DNA from: an uncultured Hylemonella sp.
GTDB taxonomy: Bacteria; Pseudomonadota; Gammaproteobacteria; Burkholderiales; Burkholderiaceae_C
DNA: 64,000 bases
Direction of reading: 5' to 3'
Assembly (NCBI GenBank): GCA_963512455.1
Contig: CAUPMJ010000001.1
Span: forward strand, 107,164-171,163
The notes under the pieces: generated by a model
What the model was told of the DNA's origin: nothing
The model's input: only the letters and a program-made list of their open reading frames with translations
The model's database searches: none
Position numbers and translations under genes: made by a program
In this document: positions 31,339 through 41,514 of the stretch, one piece after another
Position numbering within the stretch: the stretch's first letter is position 1
Layout: each line of letters begins with the position of its first letter

Positions 31339-33213
31339 TCATGTCCGCGCGGATTTCCCCAGGTCATGCAGCGATTTCTTGTAGGCCAGCTGCTGCTGGA
31401 TCAGCTGTTTTTCCTGCTCGATGCGGGTGCCATCGCCCGATGGCAGGGCCTGGACCTGCTTGAGCTCCATGTCGATCGCTTCCAGGTGCAGCCGGGTCAC
31501 CGCGACCCGCAGGTCCGACAGCGGCGTTTCCGGGTCTTCGATCTGGCGCCCCAGCGGTTGCAGATTGTCGAATTCGATGAGCTGGCGCGCCTGGGCCTCG
31601 AAAGGTTGTCCGGCCATGCCCGCCAGCAGGGCCGCCATGGGTTGCGCGCCATGTTCGTGCACCTGGCTGTCGATCCAGCGGAACAGGTCGCCGAAAGCGC
31701 CTTCGAGCTGGCACAGGACCTCATGGTCGGCCGCGGTCAGCTGTTCCCAGAAGCCCGGGTTGCGGAAGACGAGGCGCGCAATATTGCTCGCCCCGGCTTC
31801 CATGGCCGGGCGGATGGGCAGGCGGCGGGAGTTGCGGGGGGCCGGCCGGTAGTCGCGCCGCGGTGGGGCGCCCGCGCCTGCGGTGGGAGGGGCTTCCTTG
31901 CTTTTGGCGCTGCCCCACAGTTCCTGCAGCTCCTGGGTTTCCACCTGGACCTGTCCGGCGATCTCCTTGAGCAGCTGGCGCTTGAGGGCGCCATCGGGCA
32001 ACTGGCTCCACAGCGGCTTGGCGTTGCTGGCCAGGCGGGCCCGGCCCTCGGCGCTGGAGAGATCGCAGCCCTCGCGCGCGGCCTCGATCAGAAAGCGGCT
32101 CAGCGGCACGGCCTCGCCGACGCAGCGGGCAAAGGCCTCCTTGCCGTTTTCGCGGATGTAGCTGTCCGGGTCGTGCTCGGCCGGCAGGAACAGGAACTTG
32201 ATGCTGCGCACATCGGTGGCGTAGGGCAGGGCGCCGTCGAGTGCGCGGCGCGCGGCGCGCCGCCCGGCGCTGTCGCCGTCGAAGCTGAAGACGACGGAGT
32301 CGGTGAAGCGGAACAGTTTCTGCACGTGGTCGGTGGTGCAGGCCGTGCCCAGCGTGGCTACCGCGTTGGGGAAACCGAGCTGGGCCAGGGCCACCACGTC
32401 CATGTACCCCTCGGTCACCAGCACGTAGCCGGCGTCCCGGATGGCATTGCGGGCCTCAAAGAGGCCGTAAAGCTCGTGCCCCTTGCTGAAGACCGGCGTC
32501 TCGGGCGAGTTCAGGTACTTGGGCTTTTCGTCGCCCAGCACCCGGCCGCCGAAACCGATGCACTCACCTTTGACGTTTCGGATCGGGAACATGATGCGGT
32601 CGCGGAAGCGGTCGTAGCGCTTCTCCTCGCCGCTGTTCTCGTCGGCATTGGTGATGACCAGGCCGGACTCCACCAGCAGCGGGTCGTCGTACTGGGGAAA
32701 CACGCTGGCCAGGCTGCGCCAGCCCTCGGGCGCGTAACCCAGGCCGAATTGCTTGGCAATTTCGCCGGACAGGCCGCGGCCCTTGAGGTAATCGACGGCC
32801 CTGGGTGAGTTCCTGAGCTGCTTGCGCCAAGCCTCGCCGGCTTTTTCCAGGACGTCGTTCAACGTCGCCTGTTTCTGTCGCTGCTCGGCGGCGCGCGCGC
32901 GGTCCTGTGGGCTGGCTTCGTCTTCAGGCACCTGCAGGCCGTAGTGCTGGGCCAGATCGCGTACGGCTTCGATGAAGCTCATGCCGGTCTGTTCCATCAG
33001 GAAATTGATCGCGTCGCCATGCTTGCCGCAACCGAAGCAGTGATAGAACTGCTTGGTCGGGCTGACCGTGAAGGACGGCGACTTTTCCGCATGGAAGGGG
33101 CAAAGGCCCATGAAGTTGGCGCCGCCCTTCTTGAGCTGAACGGTGCGGCCGACGATCTCGACGACGTCGGCGCGCGCAAGCAATTCCTGGATGAAGGACT
33201 GGGGGATGGCCAT
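31339..33213 (-). CDS. dnaG: DNA primase
   Basis: 624 aa with ATG at 33213. Zinc ribbon GLCPFHAEKSPSFTVSPTKQFYHCFGCGKHGD, TOPRIM region VLVTEGYMDVVAL and SFDGDSAGRRAA. Confidence 0.95.
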   Translation of the reverse strand: MAIPQSFIQELLARADVVEIVGRTVQLKKGGANFMGLCPFHAEKSPSFTVSPTKQFYHCFGCGKHGDAINFLMEQTGMSFIEAVRDLAQHYGLQVPEDEASPQDRARAAEQRQKQATLNDVLEKAGEAWRKQLRNSPRAVDYLKGRGLSGEIAKQFGLGYAPEGWRSLASVFPQYDDPLLVESGLVITNADENSGEEKRYDRFRDRIMFPIRNVKGECIGFGGRVLGDEKPKYLNSPETPVFSKGHELYGLFEARNAIRDAGYVLVTEGYMDVVALAQLGFPNAVATLGTACTTDHVQKLFRFTDSVVFSFDGDSAGRRAARRALDGALPYATDVRSIKFLFLPAEHDPDSYIRENGKEAFARCVGEAVPLSRFLIEAAREGCDLSSAEGRARLASNAKPLWSQLPDGALKRQLLKEIAGQVQVETQELQELWGSAKSKEAPPTAGAGAPPRRDYRPAPRNSRRLPIRPAMEAGASNIARLVFRNPGFWEQLTAADHEVLCQLEGAFGDLFRWIDSQVHEHGAQPMAALLAGMAGQPFEAQARQLIEFDNLQPLGRQIEDPETPLSDLRVAVTRLHLEAIDMELKQVQALPSGDGTRIEQEKQLIQQQLAYKKSLHDLGKSART

Positions 33214-33242
33214 GGTGTGGCCTCGATTGTAGGGAGGCGGCC

Positions 33243-35108
33243 CTAGTCGCCCTTGACCACGCCCTCGCGCCGCGGGTCGGCGCCGCCGTAGAGGCCCTTG
33301 CCGCGCACCTGGATGGCCTGCACACCGCTGGTCAGCGACTGCTCCTGTACGCGATGGCCGCGCTGGCGCAGGGCGGCTGCCGTGCCCGGGGGGAAACGCT
33401 CCTCCTCCAGCAGGACCGGGCCGCCAAAGGCCGCGAAGTTGGGCAGGTTGATGGCCTGCTGTACATCCAGTCCCCAGTGCAAGGTGCCATAGAGCAGCTT
33501 GCTCGTGTAATGGATGATGTAGGCACCGCCCGGGCTGCCGCCGCTGAGCAGGAAGTCGCCGCGGGGCCGCTCGAACATCAGCACCGGGGTCATGGACGAG
33601 CGTGGCCGCTTGCGCGGCTCGACGCGGTTGGCAATCGGAGCGCCGGATTCGCTGCGCGGGACAAAGCTGAAGTCGGTCAGCTGGTTGTTGAGCAGAAAGC
33701 CTCCGGCCAGTCCCTGACCACGGTTGACCATGAGGTGGGCGCCCCAGGCGGCTTCAATGCTGCTGGTCATGGCCAGGGCGTGGCCCTGGCCATCGACGAT
33801 GCTGATGTGCGAGGTGCCGTACTCGACCTGCTCGGGCATGGGTCCCAGGCTTTGCTGGACGCCGGCCGGGATGCCCGCGGGTGCCTCGGGCATGCGCCGC
33901 GAACGCGGGCCGCTGCTGATCAGCTTGGCACGTTGTGCCAGGTAGTCGTCGTCGAGCAGGCTCATCCAGCTGTTGCCTGGCGGCGGCACGTAATCCGGAT
34001 CAGCCACGTAGACGGCGCGATCGGCAAAGGCCAGGCGCGAGGCTTCGGCGTAGAGGTGCAGCCAGTCGGGCCCGGGGACCGGGCCCGAGGGGCTGCGTTG
34101 CAGCTGGAATCGGGAAGCGGGCGTGTGCGCCAGCAGGCCCAGGATCTGCCCCATGGCCAGGGTGCCCGAACTGGGAGGGGGCATGCCGCAGATGCGGACG
34201 TCGCGCTGGCGTACGCCCTTGGGACGTACGGGGCGTGCACTGTGCACAAAACACAGGGGCGCGCGTACCGTGGCCTCGTACTCGGCCAAGTCGGCCAGCG
34301 TGAGACGCCCTGGATTGGTCGGGTGCTCGCGTACCCTGCGCACCATGGTCTCGGCCAACTCACCCTCGTAGAAGCTGCGCACCCCTTCCGCGGCGATGCG
34401 ACGCAGTACTGCGGCCAATTCGGGGTTCTTGAGGAGATGGCCGACCGGCCAGGGCCGGCCGGTCGTGTCGAAGAAATACGTTCCAGCGGCCGGGTCCTGC
34501 CGCAGCGCCGCAGCGTCGGCGAGCAGCGCATGCAGACGCGGGCCGACCGGAAAACCCTCTTCGGCCAGGGTTATGGCGGGTTCGAAAAGCTGGCGCCAGG
34601 GCAGACGGCCATGCTGGCGGTGGGCCAGCGCCAGCATGTGCAGCACGCCGGGCGTGCCGACCGCGCGCCCGCCCACGGCCGCGGCCCGGAAACTCAGGGG
34701 CTGGCGCTGCGCGTCGAGGAACAAATCTTCATCGGCGTCCGAGGGGGCGGTTTCGCGGCCGTCGTAGGCCTCGGTGATCAGGCCGTCGTGGTGCAGCATG
34801 AAAGCGCCACCGCCGATGCCGCTGGACTGTGGCTCGACCAGGGTCAGCACCATCTGTACGGCCACCGCGGCGTCTACGGCACTGCCACCGGCCTTGAGGA
34901 TCTGGTAACCCGCGTCGACGGCCAGCGGGTGCGCCGCCGCGACCGCAAACTTCTTGCTGGACCAGCCGGACTTGGCACGCTGGGCGCTGGCCGCTTCGGG
35001 TTGGGCCGGGACGCCTGTCGCCGGGGCCGGTGATTTCGCGTGGGCGTGAGGCGCCGCCAGGAGCAGGCCCGCGAGCAGCAGGAGCGGGAGATGCCATGTG
35101 CTGCGCAT
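33243..35108 (-). CDS. ggt: Gamma-glutamyltransferase
   Basis: ORF 33243..35726 trimmed to ATG 35108 (MRSTWHLPLLLLAGLLLAAPHAHA signal peptide). VEPQSSGIGGGAFML, autoprocessing site YGTSHISIVD, C-terminal GGADPRREG. Confidence 0.92.
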   Translation of the reverse strand: MRSTWHLPLLLLAGLLLAAPHAHAKSPAPATGVPAQPEAASAQRAKSGWSSKKFAVAAAHPLAVDAGYQILKAGGSAVDAAVAVQMVLTLVEPQSSGIGGGAFMLHHDGLITEAYDGRETAPSDADEDLFLDAQRQPLSFRAAAVGGRAVGTPGVLHMLALAHRQHGRLPWRQLFEPAITLAEEGFPVGPRLHALLADAAALRQDPAAGTYFFDTTGRPWPVGHLLKNPELAAVLRRIAAEGVRSFYEGELAETMVRRVREHPTNPGRLTLADLAEYEATVRAPLCFVHSARPVRPKGVRQRDVRICGMPPPSSGTLAMGQILGLLAHTPASRFQLQRSPSGPVPGPDWLHLYAEASRLAFADRAVYVADPDYVPPPGNSWMSLLDDDYLAQRAKLISSGPRSRRMPEAPAGIPAGVQQSLGPMPEQVEYGTSHISIVDGQGHALAMTSSIEAAWGAHLMVNRGQGLAGGFLLNNQLTDFSFVPRSESGAPIANRVEPRKRPRSSMTPVLMFERPRGDFLLSGGSPGGAYIIHYTSKLLYGTLHWGLDVQQAINLPNFAAFGGPVLLEEERFPPGTAAALRQRGHRVQEQSLTSGVQAIQVRGKGLYGGADPRREGVVKGD

Positions 35109-35131
35109 GGGGGCTCCTGTGGCGTGCGGGC

Positions 35132-35890
<759 letters not shown>

Positions 35891-35912
35891 GAAATGCTCC
35901 TGTGTTTTGACG

Positions 35913-35928
35913 TTGACGTTAACGTCAA
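35913..35928. promoter_or_regulatory. Perfect 16-bp palindrome TTGACGTTAACGTCAA (candidate operator) upstream of the SDR gene
   Basis: Located 23..38 nt upstream of ATG 35890. An extra TTGACG half-site lies directly adjacent at 35907..35912. Confidence 0.4.
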
Positions 35929-36023
35929 TTATGGCGCAGCGCCTCCTTTCTCTCGTGTTCCGGAGACGAAGTGAAAAGGGGGGCGAAGTTTGCTGCTATA
36001 CTCGCGGTCTCGAACGAATTCTC

Positions 36024-36100
36024 AGGCGCGTAGCTCAGCTGGTTAGAGCACCACCTTGACATGGTGGGGGTCGTTGGTTCGAGTCCAATCGCGCCTACCA
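36024..36100 (+). tRNA. tRNA-Val (anticodon GAC)
   Basis: Hand-folded cloverleaf. Acceptor AGGCGCG/CGCGCCT, D-arm GCTC..GAGC, anticodon arm CCACC-TTGACAT-GGTGG, T-arm GTTGG-TTCGAGT-CCAAT, encoded CCA. Near-identical core to E. coli tRNA-Val(GAC). Confidence 0.93.
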
Positions 36101-36174
36101 AAATCCCTTTCCGTCTTGTCGCCATCCGCTCTCAGGGTAAACCTTGGGGCGGTGGCGCAACCGGCTTCCTAGAA

Positions 36175-36193
36175 TGTGTTGCAGCGCAATACA
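36175..36193. promoter_or_regulatory. Candidate PhaR autoregulatory operator (TGTGTTGC-AGC-GCAATACA)
   Basis: Imperfect 8-3-8 dyad containing TGC-N3-GCA, immediately after a TAGAAT hexamer (36170..36175) and about 40 nt upstream of the phaR ATG. Confidence 0.35.
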
Positions 36194-36232
36194 TGAAAGC
36201 GGTCCGCAGGACCGAGGAGAGGAGATCAGGGT

Positions 36233-36766
36233 ATGAAAGAAAAAAAGGGTGAGGCCGCTGCAGGCGCTGAGCGGATCATCAAGAAATATCCCAATCGCCG
36301 TCTGTACGATACCCGCACGTCGGGCTACATCACGCTGACGGAGATCAAGCAGCTGGTCATGGAAGGCGCCCCCTTCGTGGTGCGCGACGCCAAGACCAGT
36401 GAAGACCTCACGCGCAGCATCCTGCTGCAGATCATCCTGGAAGAAGAGGCAGGCGGGTCCCCCATGTTCAGCGCATCGGTGCTGTCCAACATCATCCGCT
36501 TCTACGGCCACGCCATGCAGGGTTTCATGGGCGGTTATCTGGAGAAGAACATCCAGTCCCTGCAGGACGTGCAGACCAAGCTTGCCGAGCAGTCCAAGGG
36601 ACTGAGCCCCGAAATGTGGACGCAGTTCATGGCCATGCAGACGCCCATGATGCAGGGCCTGGTGACACAGAACCTCGAGCAATCCAAGAACCTGTACCTG
36701 CAGATGCAGGAGCAGATGCAGAAACAGACCGAGCAGATGATGGAGTCCTTCGGCTTGAAACGCTGA
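36233..36766 (+). CDS. phaR: Polyhydroxyalkanoate synthesis repressor PhaR
   Basis: 177 aa with ATG at 36233 and a [40 protein letters not shown]...[14 protein letters not shown]. Confidence 0.9.
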   Translation: MKEKKGEAAAGAERIIKKYPNRRLYDTRTSGYITLTEIKQLVMEGAPFVVRDAKTSEDLTRSILLQIILEEEAGGSPMFSASVLSNIIRFYGHAMQGFMGGYLEKNIQSLQDVQTKLAEQSKGLSPEMWTQFMAMQTPMMQGLVTQNLEQSKNLYLQMQEQMQKQTEQMMESFGLKR

Positions 36767-36794
36767 GGTCACCGAATACTGGGACAATACGGGC

Positions 36795-38195
36795 ATGAGT
36801 GAAGTCCTGTCCCCGAATACCACCGCGCCTGCGCCGAAGATCGGTTTTGTCAGCCTGGGTTGCCCCAAGGCCCTGACCGATTCCGAGCTGATCCTTACCC
36901 AGCTCAGCGCCGAGGGCTACCAGACCGCCAAGACCTTCCAGGGCGCGGACCTGGTCATCGTCAACACCTGCGGTTTCATCGACGACGCCGTCAAGGAAAG
37001 CCTGGACACCATCGGCGAGGCCTTGGCCGAGAACGGCAAGGTCATCGTGACCGGCTGCCTGGGCGCCAAGACCGGTGAGGGCGGCGGCAACATGGTCAAG
37101 CAGATGCACCCCAGTGTGTTGGCCGTGACCGGCCCGCATGCCACGCAGGAGGTGATGGACGCGGTGCACGCCCACCTGCCCAAGCCGCACGACCCCTTCA
37201 TCGACCTGGTGCCGGGCGCCTTCGGCGAGGCCGGACTCAAGCTCACACCGCGCCACTATGCGTACCTGAAGATCAGCGAGGGTTGCAACCACCGCTGCAC
37301 CTTCTGCATCATCCCCTCGATGCGCGGCGACCTGGTGTCGCGCCCTGTGGGGGATGTGCTGAAGGAAGCCAAGGCCCTGTTCGAAGGCGGCGTGAAAGAG
37401 TTGCTGGTGATCAGCCAGGACACCTCGGCCTACGGCGTGGACGTGAAGTACCGCACCGGTTTCTGGGACGGCAAGCCGGTCAAGACCCGCTTGCTGGACC
37501 TAGTGCAGTCCCTGGGCGAACTGGCCGAGGCGCATGGCGCCTGGGTGCGCCTGCATTACGTCTATCCGTATCCGCATGTGGACGACATCCTGCCGCTCAT
37601 GGCGGCGGGCAAGGTGCTGCCCTACCTGGATGTACCTTTCCAGCACAGTCACCCCGAGGTATTGCGGCGCATGAAGCGCCCGGCCAGCGGTGAACGCAAC
37701 CTGGAGCGTATCCAGCGCTGGCGCGAGATCTGCCCGGAACTGGTGATCCGCAGCACCTTCATCGCCGGTTTCCCGGGCGAGACCGAAGAGGAGTTCGAGC
37801 ATCTGCTCGGCTTCGTGCGTGAGGCGCAGATCGACCGGGCCGGCTGTTTTGCCTACAGCCCGGTGCAGGGCGCGGCGGCCAACGAGCTGCCGGGCATGCT
37901 GCCCGAGGCGCTGCGCGAGGAGCGCCGCGCGCGTTTCATGGCCGTGGCCGAGGAAGTGTCCACCGCGCGCTTGCAGCGCCGCATCGGCGCCACCATGCAG
38001 GTGCTGGTCGATTCGGCGCCGGCCCTGGGCCGCAAGGGCGGCGTCGGCCGCAGTTATGCCGATGCGCCGGAGATCGATGGCCTGGTGCAGTTGCTGCCGC
38101 CGGAGAAGATCAGCAAGACGCTGAAGGTTGGGGAGTTCACGCGTGCGCGCATCGTCGGCACGCAAGGCCATGACCTGGTGGCGGTGCCGATTTGA
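36795..38195 (+). CDS. rimO: Ribosomal protein S12 methylthiotransferase
   Basis: 466 aa. [17 protein letters not shown], radical-SAM motif [13 protein letters not shown], and a C-terminal TRAM domain. Confidence 0.95.
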   Translation: MSEVLSPNTTAPAPKIGFVSLGCPKALTDSELILTQLSAEGYQTAKTFQGADLVIVNTCGFIDDAVKESLDTIGEALAENGKVIVTGCLGAKTGEGGGNMVKQMHPSVLAVTGPHATQEVMDAVHAHLPKPHDPFIDLVPGAFGEAGLKLTPRHYAYLKISEGCNHRCTFCIIPSMRGDLVSRPVGDVLKEAKALFEGGVKELLVISQDTSAYGVDVKYRTGFWDGKPVKTRLLDLVQSLGELAEAHGAWVRLHYVYPYPHVDDILPLMAAGKVLPYLDVPFQHSHPEVLRRMKRPASGERNLERIQRWREICPELVIRSTFIAGFPGETEEEFEHLLGFVREAQIDRAGCFAYSPVQGAAANELPGMLPEALREERRARFMAVAEEVSTARLQRRIGATMQVLVDSAPALGRKGGVGRSYADAPEIDGLVQLLPPEKISKTLKVGEFTRARIVGTQGHDLVAVPI

Positions 38196-38238
38196 CCGGC
38201 ATGTGTCAGAGCGGTCGGTTCCCTGTGGGCCGGCCCAT

Positions 38239-38270
38239 GAAAAAAGCCGCTGAGGTCTCAGCGGCTTTCG
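38239..38270. terminator. Bidirectional rho-independent terminator between rimO and tRNA-Leu
   Basis: AAAAAA-GCCGCTGA-GGTC-TCAGCGGC-TTTCGTT. The T-tract is strong on the minus strand (after tRNA-Leu) and weaker on the plus strand (after rimO). Confidence 0.6.
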
Positions 38271-38304
38271 TTGGTAGAACCCGATGGGTTTTACCGTATA
38301 TTTG

Positions 38305-38389
<85 letters not shown>

Positions 38390-38411
38390 ATCTCAGGAAA
38401 GAGAGAAGTAT

Positions 38412-40721
38412 ATCAGAAATTTAGAACGCTCCAGCGGCCTGCTGGAAGAAATTGAAGGGACCATCAACGGACACCGTGATGGTCATGGTTTTGTGGTGCG
38501 TGACGACGGCGAGCCGGACATCTACCTGCCGCCCAACGAGATGCGCGCCGTGCTGCATAAGGACCGTGTCAAGGCGCGCATCGTGCGCCTGGATCGCAAG
38601 GGGCGGCCCGAGGGGCGCGTGGTCGAGATCGTGGAGCGCGCGCCGCAACCCATCATCGGTCGCTTGCTGCAGGAGAGCGGCGTCTGGCTGGTGGCGCCCG
38701 AGGACAAGCGCTACGGCCAGGACATCCTGATCCCCAAGAGTGCCACCGGGCAGGCCAAGGCCGGCCAGGTGGTGGTGGTCGAACTGGTCGAGCCGCCGGC
38801 ACTCTTCGGACAGCCCGTGGGGCGCATCAAGGAAGTGCTGGGTGAGGTCGATGACCCGGGGATGGAGATCGAGATCGCGGTGCGCAAGTACAGCGTGCCC
38901 CACGAGTTTTCCGAGGCCTGCATCGCCCAGGCGCGCGGTCTGCCCGACAGGGTGAGGGAGCAGGACAGCCGGCACCGCGTCGACCTGACTGACGTGCCGC
39001 TGGTCACCATCGACGGCGAGGACGCGCGCGACTTCGACGATGCCGTCTACTGCGAGCCCTCCACCCAGGGCCGCGGCAGGAGCGCCCAGCAGGGCTGGCG
39101 CCTGCTGGTGGCGATTGCCGACGTCAGCCACTACGTGGAGACCGGAACGCCGATCGACGTGGATGCCTACGAACGGGCCACCAGTGTCTATTTCCCGCGT
39201 CGTGTGATTCCCATGCTGCCGGAGAAGCTCTCCAATGGCTTGTGCTCGCTGAACCCGGATGTGGACCGCCTGTGCATGGTCTGCGACATGTTCGTGAGCA
39301 GCGAGGGCGAGGTCACGGCCTACCAGTTCTACCCGGCCGTGATGCACAGCCATGCACGCTTCACCTACACCGAGGTGGCTGCCATTCTCGCCAACACCCG
39401 CGGACCGGAAGCCGCCAAGCGCAAGGATCGCATCCAGGACCTGCTGCACCTGCACGACGTCTACCGTGCCCTGCTGGCCGCGCGCGCCAAGCGCGGGGCG
39501 GTGGATTTCGAGACCACCGAGACGCAGATCATCTGCGACGAGAGCGGCCGGATCGAGAAGATCGTGCCGCGCACGCGCAATGACGCGCACCGCCTGATCG
39601 AAGAGGCCATGCTGGCGGCCAATGTCTGCAGTGCCGACTTCATCGGCCAGAGCAAGCACGCCGGCCTGTTCCGCGTGCACGAGGGACCGACACCCGAGAA
39701 GAACGAGCTGCTGCGCAACTACCTCAAGGTCACGGGCGTGGGCCTGACCATCAGCGAGGACCCCTCGCCGGCGGAGTTCCAGGCCATCGCCATCGCCACC
39801 AAGGAGCGTCCGGACGCCCAGCAGATCCATTCCATGCTGCTGCGCTCCATGCAGCAGGCCATCTACACGCCGCACAATAGCGGGCACTTCGGCCTGGCTT
39901 TCGAGGCCTACACCCACTTCACCAGCCCGATCCGGCGTTACCCGGACCTGCTGGTGCACCGGGTGATCAAGGCCATCCTGGGCAAGACGCGTTACCACTT
40001 GCCGGTCCTGCCCACGCCGGGCGAGGCGCACGCCAAGCTCTCCAAGCGCATCGAGAAGAGCGAAGCCGCCAAGATGAAGATCTCGGGCGAGAAGCCCAAG
40101 AAGGTGAGCGCCGAACTCATGGCCTGGCAGGCTGCCGGCCTGCATTGCAGCGCCAACGAGCGCCGCGCCGACGAGGCCAGCCGCGACGTGGAAGCATGGC
40201 TCAAGTGCAAGTACATGCGCGAGCACCTGGGTGAGGAATTCGGCGGTGTGGTCACGTCGGCCACCAGCTTCGGCTTGTTCGTCACACTCGACGCCATGTA
40301 CGTGGAGGGACTGATTCACATCACCGAACTCGGCGGCGAGTACTTCCGCTTCGACGAGGCGCGCCAGGAATTGCGCGGCGAGCGCACGGGCATCCGCTAC
40401 GCCATCGGCACGCGAGTGCGGGTGCAGGTCAGCCGCGTGGACCTGGACGGTCGGCGCATCGACTTCCGCTTGGTGCGCGAGGGCGAGGAGCTGACGAACC
40501 GCGCCCTGCGCGACAAGGGACTGGCGCCTGAGGAGGCTGGCGAGCCTACCGGGGCGCCGCGCAAGGCCTCACTCAAGCGGGAGACCCGCAACAAAAAGGC
40601 CGGGGATGCGAGCAAGCGCGCCTTGCCTTCGCCGATCCAGGCACTGAAAGCCTCGGTCAAGGCGGCGGCCAAGAAGGTCACAGACAAGGCCAGGGGCAAG
40701 GGGCGCAAGACGCGCCGTTGA
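38412..40721 (+). CDS. rnr: Ribonuclease R (start codon uncertain)
   Basis: Stop at 40721. CSD (GTINGHRDGHGFVVRDD), RNB domain (VTIDGEDARDFDDAVYCE, YFPRRVIPMLPEKLSNGLCSL, HFGLAFEAYTHFTSPIRRYPDL), S1 domain and a Lys-rich tail. The track start (TTG 38271) runs antisense through tRNA-Leu. After the tRNA there is no in-frame ATG/GTG/TTG before GTG 38493. ATC 38412 follows a purine-rich SD-like run. Confidence 0.85.
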   Translation: MRNLERSSGLLEEIEGTINGHRDGHGFVVRDDGEPDIYLPPNEMRAVLHKDRVKARIVRLDRKGRPEGRVVEIVERAPQPIIGRLLQESGVWLVAPEDKRYGQDILIPKSATGQAKAGQVVVVELVEPPALFGQPVGRIKEVLGEVDDPGMEIEIAVRKYSVPHEFSEACIAQARGLPDRVREQDSRHRVDLTDVPLVTIDGEDARDFDDAVYCEPSTQGRGRSAQQGWRLLVAIADVSHYVETGTPIDVDAYERATSVYFPRRVIPMLPEKLSNGLCSLNPDVDRLCMVCDMFVSSEGEVTAYQFYPAVMHSHARFTYTEVAAILANTRGPEAAKRKDRIQDLLHLHDVYRALLAARAKRGAVDFETTETQIICDESGRIEKIVPRTRNDAHRLIEEAMLAANVCSADFIGQSKHAGLFRVHEGPTPEKNELLRNYLKVTGVGLTISEDPSPAEFQAIAIATKERPDAQQIHSMLLRSMQQAIYTPHNSGHFGLAFEAYTHFTSPIRRYPDLLVHRVIKAILGKTRYHLPVLPTPGEAHAKLSKRIEKSEAAKMKISGEKPKKVSAELMAWQAAGLHCSANERRADEASRDVEAWLKCKYMREHLGEEFGGVVTSATSFGLFVTLDAMYVEGLIHITELGGEYFRFDEARQELRGERTGIRYAIGTRVRVQVSRVDLDGRRIDFRLVREGEELTNRALRDKGLAPEEAGEPTGAPRKASLKRETRNKKAGDASKRALPSPIQALKASVKAAAKKVTDKARGKGRKTRR

Positions 40722-40748
40722 TGTTTTGAACCAGGGAGACACAAGCAA

Positions 40749-41504
40749 ATGAGTGGGATGAAGAGGGTGGCCATCGTGACCGGCGCGGGCACGGGCATCG
40801 GCAAGGCAGCAGCACTTGCACTGCTGAAAGACGGTTACAACGTGGCCCTGGCCGGACGCCGGCGCGAACCGCTGGAGGCGGTCGCCGCTGACAGTGGTGC
40901 CGGTGCGCGGGCCCTGGTGCTGCCGACCGACGTGGCCAAGCCGGAGGCTGTGCGTGCGCTGTTTGACGCCACGGTGCAGGCCTGGGGGCGGGTGGATGTG
41001 CTGTTCAACAATGCCGGCATGGGCGCGCCCGGGGTGCCGCTGGAGGAGCTGACCGTCGAGCAATGGCGGTCGGTGGTGGACGTGAACCTCTCCGGCATGT
41101 TCTTCTGCATCCAGAACGCCTTTCGCGTGATGAAGGCGCAGAGCCCGCGCGGTGGCCGCATCATCAACAACGGCTCGATCTCGGCGCATGCACCGCGCCC
41201 CAACTCGATCGCTTACACCGCCACCAAGCATGGTGTGATGGGCCTGACCAAGGCGGCTTCGCTGGACGGTCGTCCCTACGACATTGCCGTTGGGCAGATC
41301 GACATCGGCAATGCCGCCACCGATCTTGCCGCGCGCATGGCCAAGGGCGTGCCGCAGGCCAATGGCGAGATCGCCGTGGAGCCGCTGATGGACGTGGACA
41401 TCGTCGGCCAGTCGGTGCTCTACATGGCCAAGCTGCCGCTGGAAGTCAACGTGCTGTTCCATACGGTGATGGCCACCAAGATGCCCTTCGTGGGCCGCGG
41501 CTGA
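40749..41504 (+). CDS. SDR family oxidoreductase
   Basis: 251 aa with ATG at 40749. [15 protein letters not shown], and the catalytic YTATKHGV. Confidence 0.88.
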   Translation: MSGMKRVAIVTGAGTGIGKAAALALLKDGYNVALAGRRREPLEAVAADSGAGARALVLPTDVAKPEAVRALFDATVQAWGRVDVLFNNAGMGAPGVPLEELTVEQWRSVVDVNLSGMFFCIQNAFRVMKAQSPRGGRIINNGSISAHAPRPNSIAYTATKHGVMGLTKAASLDGRPYDIAVGQIDIGNAATDLAARMAKGVPQANGEIAVEPLMDVDIVGQSVLYMAKLPLEVNVLFHTVMATKMPFVGRG

Positions 41505-41514
41505 GTCCCTGTTC

